Positions 39,001-47,527 of a stretch of 64,000 nt of DNA are shown here, piece by piece (within the stretch, counting starts at the first letter, position 1; each line of letters begins with the position of its first letter). The notes under the pieces were generated by a model, which was not told where the DNA came from, did no database searches, and was given only the letters and a program-made list of their open reading frames with translations. The DNA comes from an uncultured Chlorobiota bacterium. GTDB lineage: Bacteria; Bacteroidota; Ignavibacteria; UBA10030; UBA6906. The position numbers and the translations under genes are program-made. Location of the stretch: positions 122,893 through 186,892 of the forward strand of contig CAADGV010000021.1 of assembly GCA_900696645.1 (NCBI GenBank), read 5' to 3'.

Positions 39001-39458
39001 AGCAGGCGGAGATGGGCCGGCTTGCGGCCGAGCAGGGAATGGTGCGCAAGTCGCTTGAGCAGCTTGCGAAAGAGGCGGCGCAAAGTGGCGAGTTGAGCAA
39101 GATGTTGGGCGACCTGAACCGTGTTGCCCAGGAGATGCGCGAGGTACAGACCGACCTCGCTCAGGGCAACGTGAACCCCGAAACGATGAAGAAGCAGGAA
39201 CGGATACTCTCACGCCTGCTCGACTCGCAACGCTCGGCGCGTGAGCGTGACTTCGAGAAGAAGCGGCGGGCCGAATCAGGAACGAACGTTGCCCGCAAAA
39301 GTCCCGGCGAAATTGACCTGAACACGCAGGAAGGCCGCAACCGCCTCCGCCAGGATTTGCAAAAGGCGATCGAGGAAGGCTACGCAAAAGACTACCAAGA
39401 GTTGATTAAGAAATACTACGAGGCGCTGGAGAGGTTGGAGAGTGCGCCTCAATACTGA
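36042..39458 (+). CDS. Large membrane-anchored Ig + Gln-rich coiled-coil protein (DUF4175-like)
   Basis: Three TM helices, Ig-like segments (DDFGF, FDNDNISGPK), long Q/M/E-rich coiled coil, C-terminal YQELIKKYY. Confidence 0.8.
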   Translation: MSENTPKILSELIVRLASVRKKENSSSLLYGILFSASLIVGAAGFVILVEQIFYLPVPARTIIFWVVIAVSVGLLAWFVLRPLLKRFELLPAESNAQTAEKVGKAFPNINDHLINILQLYNERESSRFYSPDLIDASFEDVRKEIEPVDFTAAVSFARPRKWGRILGIVTGIALLLLAVFPSGFLGAANRLWHYTESFEAPLPFRFIVEPGNKEVVKGASVPIVVKVEGVPQKQITLSSKPSGQIQFDEKTLAANADGTFSYEMPALKSTTLYRVSSGDVSSEEYTLTVIDRPMVKMLRLNLAFPSYAKLSSRQLDDNVGDVTALKGTRITFSLEANKPLAVAKLMFSQPANETKPNAHSLTVSGSKASGSLTLLKEQTYYIHLVDEENVASAEPIEYSLKIVPDAFPTAQILFPGTNIDIAENSRLNMLYKITDDFGFSSLRLAYRLIQSRYEQPWEDFRYLAVPIPSAIVTGGDIAHLWPLSELNLVPEDVVSYYLEVFDNDNISGPKSGRSEIYTLRLPSLEEVFADLNQSHDVSLEAMKESLKQAEEAKKELEQLQQEMRKNQQKMDWQQQKKAEEMLKKYEEIQKKMEEVNKTINEMVQKMEKNEVLSQETLEKYQELQQLMEQMNSPEFAEAMKKMQQAMQQMNTEQMRQAMQNFQFNEENFRKSIERTMNLLKRIQIEQKVDEAIKRAEEMMKKQEELQKQTEQTNPSDRNKLDDLAQQQKDLKEMLDQLQKELAELQKKMQEFPAEMPLDEMQKAQEQLDQSQLDEMMEQIAQQMQQQQLSQAMQNQQSARQKMQQFMQQMQQMQQAMRQNQQRQIVNEMRRALQDVLNLSKRQEQLKNQSQRMEPNSQQYRDNAQQQMDVLRDLANVTQGLSRLSQKTFAITPELGKSIGDAMRQMSQAMQSLDQRSGNQAAGQQQGAMGSLNEAAEQLQSGINGMMQGGQGMGMGMAGFMQRLQQMSGQQQGINQGTQNLGGMSAQQQAEMGRLAAEQGMVRKSLEQLAKEAAQSGELSKMLGDLNRVAQEMREVQTDLAQGNVNPETMKKQERILSRLLDSQRSARERDFEKKRRAESGTNVARKSPGEIDLNTQEGRNRLRQDLQKAIEEGYAKDYQELIKKYYEALERLESAPQY

Positions 39459-39530
39459 GCGGAGCGAAGTATCCTCATCTCGAAGAAACTTGAATGCCGG
39501 GATCACGCGACCATAAGAAAGGGAATATGA

Positions 39531-39571
39531 GGACATGACGGCCTACGGCTGATAGAGAGTCATGTCCCTAC
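39531..39571. repeat. Degenerate GTAG-type REP-like palindrome
   Basis: GGACATGAC...GTCATGTCCCTAC, enclosing GCC-TAC-GGC. Confidence 0.45.
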
Positions 39572-39642
39572 AGGATGTTCTCCACGAACTCACGACAAAT
39601 GAGCAGTAACAAGTGTCGTGACAGAACACGCCGGTACTTAAG

Positions 39643-39671
39643 TTGTAAATCCTGTTTGGAATAATTAGATT
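39643..39671 (+). promoter_or_regulatory. Promoter for the M14 peptidase
   Basis: TTGTAA-N17-TAGATT. Confidence 0.45.
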
Positions 39672-39702
39672 AAGCGTCACATATTCCGCTCAGGATTTAT
39701 TC

Positions 39703-40926
39703 ATGGCATTTGCGAGATTACTCAAGGGGAAAGACCCCGCCCGGACTCCCAACACGCTGGCCCGCCATCTTTTTTCTTCCTATGAACAGTATCGTCTCGA
39801 CCATCTTGGCCCCCACAATTGCAATCACACCGAGATAACCGCAGCCGTTCATTCTGTGGTTGCAAGCAGCAGGGGGTTGTTGGATTTTCAGGAGGCCGGA
39901 AAATCGCTTGAGGGGAGAAGCATCAATCTCATCTCCTGCGGAAAAGGAAACAAGCGCATTCTTCTCTGGTCACAGATGCACGGCGATGAATACACTGCAA
40001 CTCTTGCGTTGATGGATATCTTGAACATGCTCGTCCGCAGATCTTCTGAAGAGAAGTGGATTCACGAGATGTTCGACGAGGCGACGCTATATTTCCTTCC
40101 GATGCTGAATCCCGACGGAGCCGAACGGCGGCAGCGGCGTACCGCGCAGAATATCGATATGAACCGCGATGCGCGGGCGCTGATAACACCGGAAGCGCAA
40201 CTGTTACGCAACCTGCAGCACCGCCTCAAGCCGCAGTTCGGATTCAACTTGCATGATCAGGAACTGTGGGCTGTCGGCGATACGAAGGAAATCTCGGCGA
40301 TTGCGTTGCTGGCCCCGGCACTTGACCACAAGCGTTCATCACCGATGGTTCGCGTACGTGCCATGCGTGTTGCCGCGCTGATTACCCGCGTGCTGGCACA
40401 ATTCATCCCGAAAAACCTTGCAACGTACGATGATGCATTTGAGCCGCGGGCGTTCGGTGACAACATGCAGTTATGGGGAACAAGCACCGTGCTTGTCGAA
40501 TCGGGACATTGGCCGGGAGATAGGGCGAAGAAGTTCATTCGCAAGCTGAACTTTGTCGGTATACTCACTGCCTTGCGGTGTATCGCCAACGGTTCGTATC
40601 AGGATGCCGAACTTGATTTGTACAAAGAGCTTCCTCAGAACGGCAAGGCAATCTATGACATCATTATCCGCGACGTCGTACTCAAACATTCTCTCAACGG
40701 AACGTCCGAGTGGGCTCAGAGTGTTGACATCGGGTTGAGCATACCCGTCAACACCAATCCTGATCCTGTCGTTGTTACTGTCAAGGATATTGGCGACTTG
40801 AGTACGTACGCAACTCTTGAAACGATCAACGGCAACAAGCGCTCAATTGCATCCTCCCTGCTGACGTTGGAACAGGAAATCCCTCTTTCAGGGTTGCTCA
40901 ATGCGCTGCAACTCTACCACCGGTAG
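39703..40926 (+). CDS. M14-family zinc carboxypeptidase
   Basis: GKSLEGR, QMHGDE, NPDG, DMNRD, NLHDQ, LVESG. Confidence 0.88.
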   Translation: MAFARLLKGKDPARTPNTLARHLFSSYEQYRLDHLGPHNCNHTEITAAVHSVVASSRGLLDFQEAGKSLEGRSINLISCGKGNKRILLWSQMHGDEYTATLALMDILNMLVRRSSEEKWIHEMFDEATLYFLPMLNPDGAERRQRRTAQNIDMNRDARALITPEAQLLRNLQHRLKPQFGFNLHDQELWAVGDTKEISAIALLAPALDHKRSSPMVRVRAMRVAALITRVLAQFIPKNLATYDDAFEPRAFGDNMQLWGTSTVLVESGHWPGDRAKKFIRKLNFVGILTALRCIANGSYQDAELDLYKELPQNGKAIYDIIIRDVVLKHSLNGTSEWAQSVDIGLSIPVNTNPDPVVVTVKDIGDLSTYATLETINGNKRSIASSLLTLEQEIPLSGLLNALQLYHR

Positions 40927-41025
40927 TACGCGATATTGCTTACAAACACGGCTTGAATGTCGGGGGCTAATGTCGTAACTTGGCTCGTGAGGTAACTATG
41001 TTATGTTCAATCTTCCCGGAACTCC

Positions 41026-41598
41026 ATGGCGCGGGCTGCCGTTACGCAAAAACAACGTGAATTTCAGGGTGAAGCCCTTCCACACATGGACTTTCTGTAC
41101 AACTATGCCTTGCGAATGACTTTCAATGCGGCCGATGCCGAGGACCTTGTGCAGGAGACGTTTTTGAAGGCGTTCCGGTTCTGGGACTCGTACGAGAAGG
41201 GAACGAATATTCGCGCGTGGTTGTTCAGAATCATGAAGAATGCGTTCATCAACCGCTACCGGAAGGAGAAGAAAGAGCCGGAGACGGTTGAGTACCAGGA
41301 AGTCGAGAACTTCTACAACAGCGTCCGCGAAAGCGCGGTTGAAACCAGCGACCTGCAAGAATCTGTTTTCAAAAATCTGCTGGAGGATGAAGTAGCCGTT
41401 GCGATTGCAGAGTTACCGGAAGATTTTCGTACCGTGGTCATCCTCTGCGACATCGAAGAGTTGACCTACGAGGAGGTTGCAGAATTCATAGATTGTCCCA
41501 TCGGAACCGTTCGTTCACGGCTTCATCGTGGCAGGAAACTGTTGCGGGCCCGGCTTATGGAGTATGCCCGGAAGCGCGGTTACGTTGAAGAAAAATAA
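41026..41598 (+). CDS. ECF sigma factor (SigH/SigR-like)
   Basis: DAEDLVQETFLKA, AWLFRI, PIGTVRSRLHRGR. Confidence 0.93.
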   Translation: MARAAVTQKQREFQGEALPHMDFLYNYALRMTFNAADAEDLVQETFLKAFRFWDSYEKGTNIRAWLFRIMKNAFINRYRKEKKEPETVEYQEVENFYNSVRESAVETSDLQESVFKNLLEDEVAVAIAELPEDFRTVVILCDIEELTYEEVAEFIDCPIGTVRSRLHRGRKLLRARLMEYARKRGYVEEK

Positions 41599-41645
41599 TA
41601 GAAAGAAATCTACTGCTTATTTGCTAATAGTCCGGTCAGGTTAAC

Positions 41646-42482
41646 GTGGAGTGTAGGAAATATCAAGAGCATATTACGGCCGCGGTCGACAATGCTCTGG
41701 AAAAGACGGAGAGAGATGCGCTGGAATTGCATCTCGCCGATTGCCCTTCGTGCAGAAACGAATTTGAAGTGGAGAAGCTGACACGCAACCTTGTGAGAAC
41801 GCGTTGTCAGCGCAAGCGTGCCCCCGGCTACGTGCTGCAGCAGATTTCCCAACGCCTCGAACATGAAGATCAGCCAACACGACAAGTGTCATGGTGGAAG
41901 ACGCTTGTCGGTTCTACCTACTTCAAGCCGGCGGTTGCCTTTGCCACTGCGTGTGTCGCAATTATCTTCCTGGTTAACAATCCCTCGCTAAACAGTCCGA
42001 GAGTGATTGAAGCATCTCTTCTTCCCCAAAATGACATCATCAAACAATCACTTGCCAATCATGTTGCAGTGGTTGCGGGAGAAATAACCCCGCAAGTGGT
42101 TTCCAATCAAGCCGAATTTGTTCAGGGATTCTTTGCAGGAAAGACAAAATTCCCGGTTGTGCTGCCGAAGATGACGGATTGTACATTGGTGGGCGGTGTA
42201 CTCAACGACTTCGGCGGTGAAGCGCTGGCTCACGTTGTGTACAGTTACAACAGCTCGGAAATCATTTACGTGTATGAGGCCTGCTGGAAAACCGTCTTGA
42301 ATGGCTCGCCATTTCATCTCAGCCGGGATGTTGTTGATGAGTTGCAACGCACACAGCGGTACAGCACAACCACTCCCGATGGACGCTCGCTTGTGCTTTG
42401 GACTGACGGCAGAACCCTCTGTGCTGCTGTCTCGCGTATCGAGGTCGCCGCACTCATTGCGTGCCTCGACGCGGCACGATAG
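41646..42482 (+). CDS. Zinc-binding (ZAS/zf-HC2) transmembrane anti-sigma factor
   Basis: HLADCPSC motif, one TM helix and a periplasmic domain; follows the ECF sigma gene. Confidence 0.85.
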   Translation: MECRKYQEHITAAVDNALEKTERDALELHLADCPSCRNEFEVEKLTRNLVRTRCQRKRAPGYVLQQISQRLEHEDQPTRQVSWWKTLVGSTYFKPAVAFATACVAIIFLVNNPSLNSPRVIEASLLPQNDIIKQSLANHVAVVAGEITPQVVSNQAEFVQGFFAGKTKFPVVLPKMTDCTLVGGVLNDFGGEALAHVVYSYNSSEIIYVYEACWKTVLNGSPFHLSRDVVDELQRTQRYSTTTPDGRSLVLWTDGRTLCAAVSRIEVAALIACLDAAR

Positions 42483-42547
42483 CTCTGTATTGCGCTTGTT
42501 GGCGGTTTTGTAGCCGTGTGAATCACTCTTCATGAAAGGCAGATTGC

Positions 42548-42973
42548 ATGTATTCGCGCATACTCGTCCCTACCGATTTTTCAAGATCATCCTTCGTTGC
42601 ATTTAAGCCCGCTCTCGAAATAGCAAAACGGTTCAAAGCAAAAATCTACCTGCTGCATGTTACAGAGGAAGTACCTGTGTATGCGTACCGCATCGGCATT
42701 TCGCAGAGTGAATTCAGTGAACGCTTTCTCGAGCACGCGGCAAATGAAATGCGCAAGGCGGCAAAACGCCTCGGCGATCCCGGGGCCGAATTGCTGATCC
42801 GTCGGGGTGTGGTGCTGAAAGAGATTCTCAATATCGTGAAGGATAAGAAGATCGACTTGATAGTTATGAGCACACATGGCCGGACGGGACTTGCGCACGC
42901 CGTTGTGGGAAGTATTGCGGAAAAAGTCGTGCGGCGGGCGCCGTGCCAAGTGCTAACCGTCAAGCCGAAGTAG
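42548..42973 (+). CDS. Universal stress protein
   Basis: ILVPTDFS, DLIVMSTHGRTG, GSIAEKVVR.APC. Confidence 0.93.
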   Translation: MYSRILVPTDFSRSSFVAFKPALEIAKRFKAKIYLLHVTEEVPVYAYRIGISQSEFSERFLEHAANEMRKAAKRLGDPGAELLIRRGVVLKEILNIVKDKKIDLIVMSTHGRTGLAHAVVGSIAEKVVRRAPCQVLTVKPK

Positions 42974-43030
42974 CCTCCCGGGCTTTCTATTCAGGAGTAA
43001 GATGAGTCATAGTGTCCGCCCCTGCATTTC

Positions 43031-43059
43031 TTGACATCCCTTCTTTATCTTGGTATATT
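43031..43059 (+). promoter_or_regulatory. Strong promoter for lon
   Basis: TTGACA-N17-TATATT with extended TGn. Confidence 0.7.
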
Positions 43060-43131
43060 TTTTCGAGTGAACATAAAGGTGTCGTGCCGACACCTTTTTC
43101 TTTCGTTGAATTCGACAGGGTCAGTTACTTC

Positions 43132-45513
43132 ATGCAATCAGATTCGCTAACAGGAGGCGGGCCGCAGTACAGCGATCAGCTCGATGCGATTCCCAATCAA
43201 CTGCCGGTGTTGCCGCTTCGCGACGTCGTTGTCTTTCCCTACATGATTTTTCCCGTTCTCGTGGGACGTGAGTCATCGCTCAAAGCGGTGAATGAAGCGC
43301 TTGAACGCGACAAATTCATTTTTCTTGCTGCGCAGCGCAACTCCGTGACGGAAGAACCCGGCATTGAGGATATCTATCATGAAGGTACGATCGCCAAGAT
43401 CATCCAGATTCTCAAGCTTCCCAACGGGTTGATGAAAATTCTGGTGGATGGTGTTGTACAGGCCTCCGTCAAACGCTTCATCTCCAACGGAAAGTTTCTT
43501 GAAGCGGAGCTGAAGATCAATTTCGACCATGTGGCGATGGACTCCGAGCTTGATGCACTTCTCCGTCATACCTCAAGCCTGTTTGCCGAATACGTTCACC
43601 TGAATCGCAACGTGCCGAGCGAGGTGTTGCTTGCGTTTGAGAACACCAAAGACGTGCAGCGAAAGGTGTTCTATATCGCGTCGAACATCCTGCAGAATGT
43701 GGACGTCAAGCAGAAAGTTCTGCAAATCACCACCACCCGCGAGCAACTGCACGAGTTGATACGGATTCTGAATTCCGAAAATGATGTCCTGAAGATTGAG
43801 AAGGAAATCGATTCGAAGGTTCATGACAACATTGCCAAATCGCAGCGGAAGTTTTTCATCCAGGAACAGATCAGAATCCTTCAGGATGAGTTGGGTGATG
43901 AAGATTCATCTCCCGAACTCCTGAAACTTCGCGACGACATCAGGAAAGCAAAGATGCCGAAGCCGGTGGAGGAGAAGGCTGTCGAGGAGTTCGGCAAACT
44001 GAAGAAGACACCGCCGCTCTCACCCGAATCGACCGTCATTCGCAGTTATCTCGATTGGATGGTGAACGTCCCGTGGCACAAGCGAACCAAGGATAATCTG
44101 AATGTTCAACACGTCAAGGCAATTCTGGACGAAGATCATTTCGGCCTTGACAAGCCGAAAGAGAGAATTCTGGAACACATCGCCGTTCTGAATCTTGTAC
44201 GCGAAATGAAGGGACAAATCCTGTGCTTTGTGGGCCCGCCGGGTGTGGGGAAAACGTCCCTCGCGAAATCCATCGCCCGCGCGCTGGGGCGCAAGCTTGT
44301 GCGCATTTCTCTTGGCGGTGTGCGCGACGAAGCCGAAATTCGGGGGCATCGCAGAACGTACATCGGGTCCATGCCCGGCAAAATCATCCAGTCAATGAAA
44401 CGGGCAGGTGTCATCAATCCCGTTATTCTGTTGGATGAAGTGGATAAGATGAGCATGGATTTCCGCGGTGATCCTTCTTCGGCCTTACTCGAAGTTCTCG
44501 ATCCCGAGCAGAACTCCACATTCAACGATCACTATCTTGATGTAGACTACGATCTGTCGCATGTCATGTTCATCACGACTGCAAACGTCCGGTATCAAAT
44601 ACCGTTGCCGTTGCAGGATCGGATGGAGATTATCGAACTCGCGGGGTACTTGCAGCACGACAAGCGTGAAATCGCGAAACGGCACATTATCCCGAAGCAA
44701 CTGGAAGAACATGGTCTCACGAAGAACAATGTTGAATTCCAGGATGCTGCCATCGACAAGGTCATCTCCGCCTATACGCGTGAAGCGGGCGTACGCAACC
44801 TCGAACGTGAATTGGCTTCCGTGTGCCGGAAAATTGCCAAAGAGATTGTCGTCGGAAATCAGAAGAATGGAAAGAAAGAACGGCAGGCACTTTCGCTTGC
44901 TGTCACTCCGGAAAAGGTGGAGGAGTACCTCGGCGTTCCCAAGTTCCGTAGCCGGTTGCGTGCCGAAACAAACCGCGTCGGTTCGGTAACGGGGTTGGCA
45001 TGGACGAGTGTCGGCGGCGACATTCTGCATGTGGATGTGACTATCATGAATGGGAAAGACAAGCTGACACTCACCGGGCAGTTGGGTGACGTGATGAAAG
45101 AGTCGGCTCAGGCAGCCCTCAGTTATCTTCGGTCCAATGCTGAAGCGTTTGGTCTTGGGCCCGACTTCTATAAGGACAAGGAGATTCACATTCACTTGCC
45201 TGAGGGCGCTATTCCGAAAGACGGCCCGTCGGCAGGGATAACAATGGTTATGGCGATGTACTCCGCTGTGAGCGGCAAGCCCGCACGGGCTGAAGTGGCG
45301 ATGACGGGCGAGATTACGTTGAGGGGCGAAGTTCTGGCCATCGGCGGGTTGAACGAAAAACTGATTGCTGCACAGCGCAGCGGCATTACCACTGTCCTGA
45401 TTCCTCAGGAGAACGTGAAGGACCTGACGGAAATTCAGGCGAAAGTGAAGGAAGGATTGTCGATCATTCCGGTCAATAAAATTGAGGAAGCGCTTCAATA
45501 CGTCTTCCCGTAA
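43132..45513 (+). CDS. lon: ATP-dependent protease La
   Basis: Start ATG 43132 downstream of the promoter; LPVLPLRDVVVFP, GPPGVGKT, PKDGPSAG, IGGLNEK. Confidence 0.97.
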   Translation: MQSDSLTGGGPQYSDQLDAIPNQLPVLPLRDVVVFPYMIFPVLVGRESSLKAVNEALERDKFIFLAAQRNSVTEEPGIEDIYHEGTIAKIIQILKLPNGLMKILVDGVVQASVKRFISNGKFLEAELKINFDHVAMDSELDALLRHTSSLFAEYVHLNRNVPSEVLLAFENTKDVQRKVFYIASNILQNVDVKQKVLQITTTREQLHELIRILNSENDVLKIEKEIDSKVHDNIAKSQRKFFIQEQIRILQDELGDEDSSPELLKLRDDIRKAKMPKPVEEKAVEEFGKLKKTPPLSPESTVIRSYLDWMVNVPWHKRTKDNLNVQHVKAILDEDHFGLDKPKERILEHIAVLNLVREMKGQILCFVGPPGVGKTSLAKSIARALGRKLVRISLGGVRDEAEIRGHRRTYIGSMPGKIIQSMKRAGVINPVILLDEVDKMSMDFRGDPSSALLEVLDPEQNSTFNDHYLDVDYDLSHVMFITTANVRYQIPLPLQDRMEIIELAGYLQHDKREIAKRHIIPKQLEEHGLTKNNVEFQDAAIDKVISAYTREAGVRNLERELASVCRKIAKEIVVGNQKNGKKERQALSLAVTPEKVEEYLGVPKFRSRLRAETNRVGSVTGLAWTSVGGDILHVDVTIMNGKDKLTLTGQLGDVMKESAQAALSYLRSNAEAFGLGPDFYKDKEIHIHLPEGAIPKDGPSAGITMVMAMYSAVSGKPARAEVAMTGEITLRGEVLAIGGLNEKLIAAQRSGITTVLIPQENVKDLTEIQAKVKEGLSIIPVNKIEEALQYVFP

Positions 45514-45543
45514 TGGAGTTTTCAATTTTTCCCCTTGTGATCT

Positions 45544-47277
45544 ATGAGTGACTACATCGTTACCGCCCGCAAATATCGTCCGATGAAGTTCGATGATGTT
45601 GAAGCGCAGGGTCACGTGACGCAAACGCTGAAGAATGCCATCAAGCAGAAACGCCTTGCGCATGCATATCTGTTTGCCGGGCCGCGCGGTGTCGGAAAGA
45701 CCACGACCGCCCGCTTGCTTGCAAAGCTTGTCAACTGCCAGAATCCGACGAAGGACTTCGAACCTGACAATACATGCGAGATCTGCCGGGAGATTACGGA
45801 GGGAAGAAGCTTTGATGTTCTGGAAATTGACGGCGCCTCAAATCGCGGTGTAGAGGAAATCCGCAACCTGCGCGAGTCGGTACGGTACGCTCCCGCCAAG
45901 GGTGCATACAAAGTGTACATCATCGACGAAGTACACATGCTGACAAAGGAGGCATTCAACGCGCTTCTTAAAACGCTCGAAGAGCCGCCGCCGCACGTGA
46001 TGTTCATCTTTGCGACAACCGAAATCCACAAGCTTCCCGCTACAATCATTTCACGCTGCCAGCGATTCGATTTCCGCCGCATTTCGATTGAGGAGATCAT
46101 GGCCAACCTCGGCAGCATTGCGAAGAAGGAAGGGCTGGAGATTGACAATGATGCGCTGCTGTTGATTGCAAAGAAGGGCGACGGGTCGATGCGCGACTCG
46201 CAGAGCATCTTCGATCAGATTGTGGCCTTATGCGGCTCAACGATTGCGAAGGATCAGATTCTACAAGCTCTCAACATCGTCGATCAGGATTTCTATTTCC
46301 GTGTCACCGATCTCATCAAGACGAAAAACGCAAAAGGCGGGCTTGATCTCGTTCAGGATATCATGAATCGCGGCTACGACATCAAGGAGTTTCTGGGCGG
46401 GCTGACGGAACATCTCCGCAACATCTTGACGACAGTAACAACCGGATCGACCGCCTTCATTGAGGAATCCGACTTCTACAAACAGAAATATGTCGATGTC
46501 GCGAAACAGTTTTCCGTTGCCGACGTGCTGCGGTTGCTGAAGTTCGTAAACAGCACCGAAGCTGCCATCAAGTGGAGTGCCCAACCCCGTTTCAAGCTTG
46601 AGACGGATATTGTTCAGATGATTACAATGAACAGTGCTGCCGAAGTTGGAGAGGTTCTGAAAAGAATTGACGACTTGTCAAAAGGTATCCCGCAGGAGAA
46701 AAAAAAACTCCATGAAGATAACCGCGCCCCGGTAGTTCGAGCCGCCGCGCCTCCCGTTGAAGAACGGCAGCCGGAAGCAGGATTTGTCTCTCCTCAAACG
46801 TCAACCACAACATCACGATTTGCTGTACGCCCGACCTTCGTGCGTCCAGCGGCCCGGACGAAAAGCGACGAATCCCCTGCGCATGATGCTGCCATTCAGA
46901 CATCACTTTCGGAAGGAGAAGTTGTTTCGCGATGGGATGAGTTTCTTGCCGAAGTTCGCCGTCAGCGTATTGCTGTGGGAACCGCGCTTGAATCGGCAGA
47001 CCTGCTTGGTGTCAGCGGGATAACGATCCGTGTGCGGGCAAGTGATTTCACCGCCTCGTCGATAACCCGTAACCGGGAGTTACTGGCAACAATTATCCAA
47101 AGAGTATTCAATACGCGCGGCAGAATAGAAGTTGAAATCGGCCAGGAGAAGGAGTCGGCAGTATCTCCCGATACACATTCCGCTTCCTCGACCGAACTTC
47201 CGCCGCCTGACCGGTTGGAGAAGGAACATCCCGTCATCAAAGCAATGATCCGTGAACTTGGCGTCGAGCCGCTGTGA
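45544..47277 (+). CDS. dnaX: DNA polymerase III subunit gamma/tau
   Basis: ARKYRP, GPRGVGKTT, EIDGASNRG, IIDEVHML, SRCQ. Confidence 0.96.
   Translation: MSDYIVTARKYRPMKFDDVEAQGHVTQTLKNAIKQKRLAHAYLFAGPRGVGKTTTARLLAKLVNCQNPTKDFEPDNTCEICREITEGRSFDVLEIDGASNRGVEEIRNLRESVRYAPAKGAYKVYIIDEVHMLTKEAFNALLKTLEEPPPHVMFIFATTEIHKLPATIISRCQRFDFRRISIEEIMANLGSIAKKEGLEIDNDALLLIAKKGDGSMRDSQSIFDQIVALCGSTIAKDQILQALNIVDQDFYFRVTDLIKTKNAKGGLDLVQDIMNRGYDIKEFLGGLTEHLRNILTTVTTGSTAFIEESDFYKQKYVDVAKQFSVADVLRLLKFVNSTEAAIKWSAQPRFKLETDIVQMITMNSAAEVGEVLKRIDDLSKGIPQEKKKLHEDNRAPVVRAAAPPVEERQPEAGFVSPQTSTTTSRFAVRPTFVRPAARTKSDESPAHDAAIQTSLSEGEVVSRWDEFLAEVRRQRIAVGTALESADLLGVSGITIRVRASDFTASSITRNRELLATIIQRVFNTRGRIEVEIGQEKESAVSPDTHSASSTELPPPDRLEKEHPVIKAMIRELGVEPL
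46699..46715 (+). other. A9 slippage/frameshift site predicted to yield the gamma subunit
   Basis: GAG AAA AAA AAA CTC; the -1 frame reads ACT CCA TGA (stop at 46713-46715). Confidence 0.6.
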
Positions 47278-47527
47278 TGCAAGGAATGTGAGGAAGGCCA
47301 AATGTCGTCACCCCATTCATTCTGCAATCAGCCTAATTTTGCCGTATTGTGAAGGTTCGGTGACGGTGAATGTGATCTTGAGCCTTGATTTTCAAGCCTC
47401 ATTTTCTGATTATGAAGCCACAAACTCAGGAGAGCCCTTACTGCAAGCATGATACAGTGCTGTATGTAGTTCACTGTAAACTTAATCCGTCCGGCCAACA
47501 GGCCGGTGTATTTTCGAGAGGTGAAAG

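Noticed and set aside
37572-39100. Long antisense ORFs (353 and 431 aa, Leu/His- or Cys-rich)
   Set aside because: They are shadows of the CAG/ATG-rich coiled-coil gene on the + strand and show no independent protein features.
43012-43131. N-terminal extensions given by the ORF track (lon; also miaB, trmD, khpA, SBP, hydrolase)
   Set aside because: They overlap promoters or neighbouring genes and precede the family-typical N-termini.
44485-45663. 392-aa antisense ORF, and similar ones opposite ffh, dxr and 59933..61219
   Set aside because: They lie almost entirely opposite well-conserved genes; antisense frames often stay open because of codon bias.
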